Below, piece by piece: positions 58,161 to 64,000 of a stretch of DNA of 64,000 nucleotides; position 1 is the first letter of the stretch, and each line of letters begins with the position of its first letter. The position numbers and the translations under genes were made by a program. Under the pieces are notes generated by a model. The model was given only the letters and a program-made list of their open reading frames with translations, searched no databases and had not been told where the DNA came from. This stretch comes from Chloroflexota bacterium (GTDB taxonomy: Bacteria; Chloroflexota; Dehalococcoidia; Lucifugimonadales; UBA3495). The DNA lies in contig VXOH01000008.1 in assembly GCA_009840135.1 (NCBI GenBank), positions 5,450 to 69,449 of the forward strand, given 5' to 3'.

Positions 58161-58661
58161 CTGCCCCGGGGCGAGTCGAAATCCGACAACCCGGGGCAAG
58201 ACTTTTCTGATGCCCTGGCCGTATCCCTACGATTCCTGAGCTATCGCCCCCGAACAGTACATGAGGTCCGGCGGCGGCTAACCAAGAACTTCGCAGAACC
58301 AACCATAGAAGCCGTCCTGGCTCACCTGCTCGCGTGCGGATTCCTCGACGATACCGCCTTCGCCGTTCAGTGGCGAAACAGTCGCGAACGTCGGCGACCC
58401 AAAGGCAGAAAGGCAATCGCGATGGAGCTCCGCAAGCTGGGTGTTGACCAGGAGGTCATAGAATCCACCCTGGAAGAACTGGATGAAACCGCTGGCGCAC
58501 GCAAGGCGGCTCTAAAGCCGGCCACGCGGCTGGTGGAAAAGGGCTGCACCCACGAGATGTTCAGAAGGAGAATCGGTGACCTTTTGCAGAGGAGAGGCTT
58601 CAACTACGGCACGGCTATCGCAACCGTAGAAGAGCTCTGGCAGGAACTTTCGCAAAATTAG
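58161..58661 (+). CDS. recX: Regulatory protein RecX. The start is unresolved.
   Basis: RecX-like repeats begin at ALAVSLRFLSYRPRTVHEVRRRLTKN...GFLDDTAFAVQW, which is upstream of the only canonical start (ATG 58422). The frame is open from 58068. The coordinate given is the in-frame CTG at 58161. Confidence 0.7.
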   Translation: MPRGESKSDNPGQDFSDALAVSLRFLSYRPRTVHEVRRRLTKNFAEPTIEAVLAHLLACGFLDDTAFAVQWRNSRERRRPKGRKAIAMELRKLGVDQEVIESTLEELDETAGARKAALKPATRLVEKGCTHEMFRRRIGDLLQRRGFNYGTAIATVEELWQELSQN

Positions 58662-59191
58662 CGTCGCAGCCTTTGCCAGGCCAGAAATACACCAACCGCC
58701 ACAAAGAGCACTTCCAACGCTCCGAAGGCAAAAGGGCTGAACAGCTTGCTGACTAAATAGGTGGCAACAATCACAAAACCGGCAATAACCGCCAACAGGA
58801 TACTCCGCTTTCGATTAACTGCCAGGCTGATGAGCTCACCGACCACATAACCAAAGAGAATGGCAATCAACCCGGAGACCGACCCGAAAGCTCCCAATCC
58901 CAGGAGCACCCGGTCCAGCACCACCCACAGGGGAGCCCCCACAACCATCAACCCCGCCGCCACTCCTATGGCCCTGGTGTAATTGGCCGGCCTGACGTCG
59001 TAAGTAGGCATTGGCTGTGCCTTGCCACATTCCCGGCACCGAATACCCACCGGCGCCTGCACCAGGCATTGGGGACAAATCTGCCTGTTGCACCGGCTGC
59101 ATGACAGACCGGTCTCTATCTCGGGATGCCAATAACAGGTCATGGCCGTCTGACTTCCTTGCCCTGCCTGTTCAGATTGTCCCTGTGTCAA
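58658..59191 (-). CDS. Membrane protein with an N-terminal B-box/zinc-ribbon (CxxC x3) and about four transmembrane segments
   Basis: The N-terminus reads CYWHPEIETGLSCSRCNRQICPQCL...IRCRECG and is followed by hydrophobic helices. No rhomboid catalytic motifs were seen. Confidence 0.55.
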   Translation of the reverse strand: MTQGQSEQAGQGSQTAMTCYWHPEIETGLSCSRCNRQICPQCLVQAPVGIRCRECGKAQPMPTYDVRPANYTRAIGVAAGLMVVGAPLWVVLDRVLLGLGAFGSVSGLIAILFGYVVGELISLAVNRKRSILLAVIAGFVIVATYLVSKLFSPFAFGALEVLFVAVGVFLAWQRLRR

Positions 59192-59241
59192 TGGCCAACT
59201 CCAAGAAAATACTTGACCAAACTATCTTGAACTGAATAGAA

Positions 59242-60006
59242 CTACTGAGGAATACGGCTGATCCACTCGGCACGTTCGTCCACGTCTCTGTCCCGCACCA
59301 ATCGGTTGAAGATTACTTTCTTTTTGGAAAGACCTTCAGGAAAAGCCGGTGAATTGGAAAGACCTCTCTTGACTAGTACCATGACGAGGATAAGTCCACA
59401 ATAACAGCTTATCACAGCAGCGTATCCTGAAGGGGCCGACTGGAGTGCTTCTCCGCCCATGAGTGCCCAAATAGCAATCCAGCTCGTTACCAAATAGCCG
59501 CCAGGCCACAGAGCCAATACCGGAAGACTCGCCGTCGCAATCAATGCCCACACCGCCGAGCTTCGGCTAACCCGCCACCCAAGCAGATAAACGGACATCC
59601 CCACAGCAAATAGAGCAGGGGCCAGCGAAAATACTATCCCGCAGATAACCATCAAGCCCCTGCCACCCTGAAATCGCAGGAACGGCGACCAGTTATTTCC
59701 AATCAATGCCAGTAAAGGCGAGGCGAGGAAAAGACAGAGCGATGAAAGCGGCAGTTCACGCGGGGGACCAAATACCAAGAGGCCGAGTACAAAGGGGGAA
59801 AAACCCTTGAGCAGCAGTTCCACGAGGGTGAGCGGTACAATCCAGACCTTGCCCAACTGCCTTACAACATTGGACCCGCCAACATTGCCGCTGCCGTACT
59901 CGCGAAGATCTATACCCCTGGTCAGCTTCGCGATCAAGTAGGGGGTGGGAACAGCGCCGGCCAAGTACGAATAACCGTAGAGGGCCGCCACTTCCAAATA
60001 CATCAA
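59242..60006 (-). CDS. plsY: PlsY family acyl-phosphate:glycerol-3-phosphate acyltransferase
   Basis: The segments YLAGAVPTPYLIAKL..GIDLREYGSGNVGGSNV and LLKG are present. The protein is polytopic. Confidence 0.7.
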   Translation of the reverse strand: MMYLEVAALYGYSYLAGAVPTPYLIAKLTRGIDLREYGSGNVGGSNVVRQLGKVWIVPLTLVELLLKGFSPFVLGLLVFGPPRELPLSSLCLFLASPLLALIGNNWSPFLRFQGGRGLMVICGIVFSLAPALFAVGMSVYLLGWRVSRSSAVWALIATASLPVLALWPGGYLVTSWIAIWALMGGEALQSAPSGYAAVISCYCGLILVMVLVKRGLSNSPAFPEGLSKKKVIFNRLVRDRDVDERAEWISRIPQ

Positions 60007-60021
60007 GGGAATGCTGGAAGA

Positions 60022-60867
60022 CTAGAGGCTCTTGGCCAGCTTCTTTGAAACCTCGGCCAGACGCTCCACGGATTCCATGGGTGGACCGAGGATTCCAGGC
60101 TCCTGTTCTCCCGTGTTGCCCAGCCCATGATAGTCGCTTCCGCCGCAGGGAATCAGATCGTGGCGCTTGGCAACTCCCACCAGATACTCTATGGTTTCCG
60201 GGCGATATTGGGCATAGTGTACTTCCATGCCCACCAAGCCTACTTCTTTCAGCTCGGCTACCTTCGTATCAAGATCCTCCAGGTTGGCAGGGTGCGCCAG
60301 GACCGCCGCACCTCCGACCTTGGCCAGCAATTCCACGCCTTCCATCGGGGTCATTTTTTCACGTTCGGCGTAGGCCAGGCCATTACGTCCCAGGTACTCG
60401 TAAAAGGCTTCCTTCGGCTCTTTGAAGTAGCCACGTTCCACCATTGCCAAGGCAATGTGAGGTCGTCCTACAGCGCCATCTCCAGCTATTTCCTGCACTC
60501 GCTCCCAATCAACCGGCTTGCCCAGGGACTCCAGTTTCTCGACAATCATCCGGCCACGCTCGAGTCTTCCCTTACGAAAATTCCGGAGTACTCCCTGAAA
60601 TTCCTCATCCTCATATTGAAGAAAGTACCCGAGCATATGAATCTCATCACCGGGTATATCGGTGCTCAGTTCTATGGCCGGAATAATCTCCAGGTCCGGG
60701 AGAGCTGCGGCAGCTCTTTTGGCCTCGTCTACGCCGTCCGTCGTATCGTGGTCCGAGATTGCGGCAACTTTTACGCCTTTGCTGGCAATCAGATTGACCA
60801 GCTCAGTTGGCGACAGCCGCCCATCTGATGCGATTGTATGTAGATGCAGATCAACTAATTCGTCCAT
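60022..60867 (-). CDS. PHP-domain phosphoesterase (TrpH/YciV-like)
   Basis: The segments VDLHLHTIASDGRLSP, ISDHDT and the C-terminal GGSDYHG are present. Confidence 0.8.
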   Translation of the reverse strand: MDELVDLHLHTIASDGRLSPTELVNLIASKGVKVAAISDHDTTDGVDEAKRAAAALPDLEIIPAIELSTDIPGDEIHMLGYFLQYEDEEFQGVLRNFRKGRLERGRMIVEKLESLGKPVDWERVQEIAGDGAVGRPHIALAMVERGYFKEPKEAFYEYLGRNGLAYAEREKMTPMEGVELLAKVGGAAVLAHPANLEDLDTKVAELKEVGLVGMEVHYAQYRPETIEYLVGVAKRHDLIPCGGSDYHGLGNTGEQEPGILGPPMESVERLAEVSKKLAKSL

Positions 60868-60868
60868 G

Positions 60869-61639
60869 CTAGTCCACCATTCTGTCTATTCTTTCGATTG
60901 CTACGGCCCTGCCGGTGTTTTCGTCAATCTCCAACAAGGCTGAGTTCATGATAACGGGCCCACTGGCTACCGAAAGGCGCTGCGGCAATCCGGTCAGGAA
61001 TCGCTCCAGCACGGCATTGGTATCGCTGCCTATTACCGAGTTAACGGGGCCGGTCATGCCGACGTCGGTCAGATAAGCTGTGCCCTTGGGAAGAATTCGG
61101 GCATCCACCGTTCCCACATGAGTGTGGGTGCCCAGCACGGCGCTGACTTTGCCGTCAAGATACCAGCCCATACCCTGCTTTTCCGAGGTAGCCTCGGCGT
61201 GAAAATCTACGATAATTACTCGAGGTGAATGTTCTTCGGCCGCCTCGGTTAGCAGAGCGCTGGCCGTTCGAAAGGGACAGTCAAGGGTGGGCATGAAAAC
61301 CCGCCCCATCAGGTTGAGCACCATGACCCCATCCTGCACCAGGTATCCCCTACCTGGGGCGTCGGGATAGTTTGCCGGACGAATTAGAGGCAGCCCCTCA
61401 TCCATGTGGGGAATAATTTCCTTCTGGTCCCAAATGTGGTTGCCCGAGGTCAGGATATCAACACCGCTTTCCAGTAGCTCTTCCGCAGTTTCCAGCGTTA
61501 TGCCGAATCCGCCGGCAGTGTTCTCCCCGTTGGCAATAACTAGATCAATTCCCAGGTCTTGCCGCAGTCCGGGCAGTATTCCACGAATCCCTCGCCGTCC
61601 CGGCTGACCGATAATATCGCCTATCATAAGGATTCGCAA
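60869..61639 (-). CDS. ymdB: YmdB-type metallophosphoesterase (TIGR00282 family, 2',3'-cyclic-nucleotide phosphodiesterase)
   Basis: The segments MRILMIGDIIGQPGRRG, ANGENTAGGFG and DFHAEATSEK are present, in the conserved position downstream of rny. Confidence 0.9.
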   Translation of the reverse strand: MRILMIGDIIGQPGRRGIRGILPGLRQDLGIDLVIANGENTAGGFGITLETAEELLESGVDILTSGNHIWDQKEIIPHMDEGLPLIRPANYPDAPGRGYLVQDGVMVLNLMGRVFMPTLDCPFRTASALLTEAAEEHSPRVIIVDFHAEATSEKQGMGWYLDGKVSAVLGTHTHVGTVDARILPKGTAYLTDVGMTGPVNSVIGSDTNAVLERFLTGLPQRLSVASGPVIMNSALLEIDENTGRAVAIERIDRMVD

Positions 61640-61747
61640 AACGGACTTCCTTTCTCGGTACTATGGCGTTAATTCAATCCAATTGCGCGGTCTGCCGTCC
61701 CACCAGGCATTCCGAATCCGTGCCACCAGACCCGATTAAACAATCAA

Positions 61748-61777
61748 GCCCAAGCGCCGAACAGTCGGTGCTTGGGC
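61748..61777 (-). terminator. Long hairpin between rny and ymdB (probable partial terminator or processing site)
   Basis: GCCCAAGC-g-CCGA acag TCGG-t-GCTTGGGC is followed on the minus strand by TTGATTGTTT. Confidence 0.5.
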
Positions 61778-61854
61778 CTGACAATTATCGAGGTCACTCC
61801 AACAACCAAACCAACAAACTGAGGAGCGCAACCCTTTCGTCACAGGGGAAACAC

Positions 61855-63387
61855 CTATCGTGCGACTTCAACGTTTCTGGTTTCTCGTATCACCGTAACT
61901 TTAATCTGGCCCGGGAATACCAGGTCTTCCTCCACCTTGCGCGCAATGTCTCTTGCCAAGGCCGCCGACCCGATATCGTCTATATCCGTAGGCTTCACCA
62001 TAACGCGGACCTCGCGACCCGCTTGTATGGCAAATGCCTTGTCAACACCGCCAAAGCCAATGGCTGTGTCTTCCAGGTCCCGCAATCGCTTGACGTACTG
62101 GTCGAGAGACTCTTTGCGGGCCCCAGGTCGCGCAGCACTGATGGCGTCTGCGCTGGCGACGATGAACGACTCTATGGTCGAGTGATCGTCGTCGTGATGC
62201 TCCAGGATGGACAGGTAGGAATTGTGGTTAATCCCATACTTCTTTGCCAGTTCAGCGCCGATCTCAGCATGGGGACCGGCAACTTCGTGGGTCAAGGCCT
62301 TGCCTACATCGTGAAGCAGTCCACCTATCTTCGAAACCTGGATGTTAGCGCCTATTTCGGAAGCCATCATACCCGACAAGAGGCATACCTCAATCGAGTG
62401 CTTCAGGACGTTCTCGCCGTAACTGAAGCGGTATTTCAGCTGACCCAGCAGTCGGATCAACTCCGGGTCAATCCCGCTAAGACCAACATCAAAGGTGGAC
62501 TGTTCGCCAGCCTTCCAGATGGTTTGCTCAATGTCCACCTGGGCGCGGTTGACCATGTCTTCAATCCTGGCGGGCTGAATGCGACCATCGCTTACCAGCC
62601 TCTCCAGAGCCAGGCGAGCTACTTCGCGGCGCACCGGATCGAAGCACGACAGTGTAACTATCTCCGGGGTATCGTCAATTACGATATCTACCCCGGTCAT
62701 GGATTCGAGGGCTCTTATATTCCGCCCTTCGCGGCCGATGAGACGTCCTTTCATCTCATCGTTGGGTAGGGATACTATTGACGTAGTGGTTTCAGAAACC
62801 ACATCCGTGGCTAAGCGGTTAATAGCCAGGGTAATAATTCGGCGGGCATTCTCTTCGGCAGTTAGCTTGTACTCACGCTCCAAGTCATAAGTGCGGCGGG
62901 AGAGCTCATGCCGGGCTTTCTCCTCACCCTCTCTTACGACCAGTTCCCGAGCTTCTTCAACCGATAGCCCAGCAGTATCCTCCAAAGCCTGGATCTGCTG
63001 AACCTTGAGCTCATTGACTTCCTCTACGGCTTTATCAACCTCGGACTCTTTCTCAGTAAGCGCTATACGTTGCTTCTCGAGGGTCTCGTTCTTTTGTTCC
63101 AGTTGCTCTTCCCGCTGCAAGTAGCGGCGTTCGAGCCGGTTGAGTTCCTGACGCTGCTCCTTGATTTCGTTCTCGCCCGCATTTCGCAGCTTTAAGACTT
63201 CTTCCTGCGCTTCCAGGAGGATCCTCCGCTTCTCATCCTCCGCCAGCGCTATAACCGAACTCGCCTCTTCTTTGGCGTTTTCTACCCGCTTACCGTCAAC
63301 ACGGGACCGATACAACAGCCATACTGTGGCTCCCGTCCCGACTATCCCTAATACCGCTAGGACGGCAAGGAAAATTACCAGTTCCAT
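61855..63387 (-). CDS. rny: Ribonuclease Y
   Basis: An N-terminal transmembrane helix, a coiled coil, a KH domain (GRIIGREGRNIRALE pattern) and the HD domain GLLHDVGKA are present. Confidence 0.95.
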   Translation of the reverse strand: MELVIFLAVLAVLGIVGTGATVWLLYRSRVDGKRVENAKEEASSVIALAEDEKRRILLEAQEEVLKLRNAGENEIKEQRQELNRLERRYLQREEQLEQKNETLEKQRIALTEKESEVDKAVEEVNELKVQQIQALEDTAGLSVEEARELVVREGEEKARHELSRRTYDLEREYKLTAEENARRIITLAINRLATDVVSETTTSIVSLPNDEMKGRLIGREGRNIRALESMTGVDIVIDDTPEIVTLSCFDPVRREVARLALERLVSDGRIQPARIEDMVNRAQVDIEQTIWKAGEQSTFDVGLSGIDPELIRLLGQLKYRFSYGENVLKHSIEVCLLSGMMASEIGANIQVSKIGGLLHDVGKALTHEVAGPHAEIGAELAKKYGINHNSYLSILEHHDDDHSTIESFIVASADAISAARPGARKESLDQYVKRLRDLEDTAIGFGGVDKAFAIQAGREVRVMVKPTDIDDIGSAALARDIARKVEEDLVFPGQIKVTVIRETRNVEVAR

Positions 63388-63450
63388 GGTGTTCTACCTT
63401 TCCTTTCCGTCTCGGTTAATGTGCCAAGGGAAACACTCCCTTCGTTTAGT

Positions 63451-63479
63451 ATCGTACTAATTGATGATAGGAGTGTCAA
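63451..63479 (-). promoter_or_regulatory. rny promoter TTGACA-N17-TACGAT
   Basis: Read on the minus strand. A second extended -10, TGTTATAAT, lies further upstream (plus-strand coordinates about 63520..63528). Confidence 0.6.
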
Positions 63480-63695
63480 GAAAGCCCTATCTAACGCACC
63501 AACCTCTTTTGGGTAACCCGCAATTATAACACTGTTGAGAAAACGCTTTCAAGAGGCCGTACAGCAGGAGCAGGGGCTTTCGATTCTCGACAGCATACTT
63601 CCAGTCCGATGGTGGTGAGCTTGTCGAACCATAAACGGACGGCCCTTCGACAGGCTTAGGAAGAGCGGCCCCGGCAACAATCGAAAGACCTTGCA

Positions 63696-64000
63696 TCAGA
63701 AAGTGGCCAGCAGCAGTGTGACTATTCCGGCCAGAATAAGAGCCCCTGCCCACAGTAAATCTACGTTCAGCCAGCCTCGCCTGAGAAAGGCAAGGCCCAC
63801 CCACTTGTAAACCACCGTAGCTATGGTCAACATGACCAGGAGCATCGCCAATGTATGGACGGCCAGGCCAATTCCCCAGGCAAGCGCAGTGTCCTCCAGG
63901 GCCAATTGTCCCGAATGATGCTGCAGGTCGGCCAGGGAGCCGGCCCCCTTTTCCTCCAGGTTCAGGATTATGGGCGCCAGCATCAGGCCCGCCCCGTGGG
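63696..64000 (-). CDS. Integral membrane protein. Only the C-terminal part is present, and the frame stays open to the window end.
   Basis: Hydrophobic helices GIGLAVHTLAMLLVMLTIATVV and LLWAGALILAGIVTLLL are present. The frame continues upstream of the M at 63983 (..HGAGLMLAP..). No family was recognised. Confidence 0.5.
   Translation of the reverse strand, partial: HGAGLMLAPIILNLEEKGAGSLADLQHHSGQLALEDTALAWGIGLAVHTLAMLLVMLTIATVVYKWVGLAFLRRGWLNVDLLWAGALILAGIVTLLLATF

Noticed and set aside
61663-62769. A 368-aa + strand ORF.
   Set aside because: It is antisense to rny, which has KH and HD motifs.

Overview
This is a GC-rich, densely coding bacterial chromosome segment with about 65 protein genes on both strands. 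I saw no rRNA, tRNA, CRISPR array, transposase or integrase. All product calls come from motif and family recognition by reading the translations; no similarity search was possible.

Most of the window is housekeeping:
- tRNA ligases: gltX and glnS in tandem, and trpS.
- Transcription and translation: nusA-ylxR-infB-rbfA-truB, and rpsT.
- DNA functions: gyrB, lexA, and recA-recX.
- RNA turnover: rny-ymdB.
- Other core genes: folP-folK, a groEL with no groES, mtaB, queG, ychF, rarA, and lspA-rluD.

The gene order, the GAAC-N4-GTTC box at lexA and a DUF5679 mini zinc-ribbon gene suggest a Chloroflexota-like or Gram-positive-like lineage. That placement is inference only.

Most interesting observations:
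1. The nickel-pincer cofactor maturation genes larE, larC and larB are present, but no canonical larA is. larB instead sits in an overlapping operon with a flippase-like membrane protein, a DPPR-synthase-like UbiA prenyltransferase and a DUF362 protein. The DUF362 protein carries a LarA-like H-x9-K...H motif, and a HAD phosphatase lies just upstream. This may be a nickel-pincer-dependent lipid-linked sugar pathway.
2. A glutaredoxin-like gene ends at a TGA that is followed by two codons, a TAA and a strong GC hairpin. This is a candidate C-terminal selenocysteine (U-x-x-stop) protein.
3. A promoter, a 17-codon leader ORF with a Cys-Thr-Cys triplet, and mutually exclusive hairpins plus a terminator precede a MoeB-like E1 / cysteine synthase operon. 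This is a candidate cysteine-sensing attenuator.
4. Two genes, rluD and recX, have conserved N-terminal domains that lie upstream of any ATG, GTG or TTG codon.
5. A REP-like hairpin repeat occurs twice, and there are two long ORF-poor spacers of lower GC.
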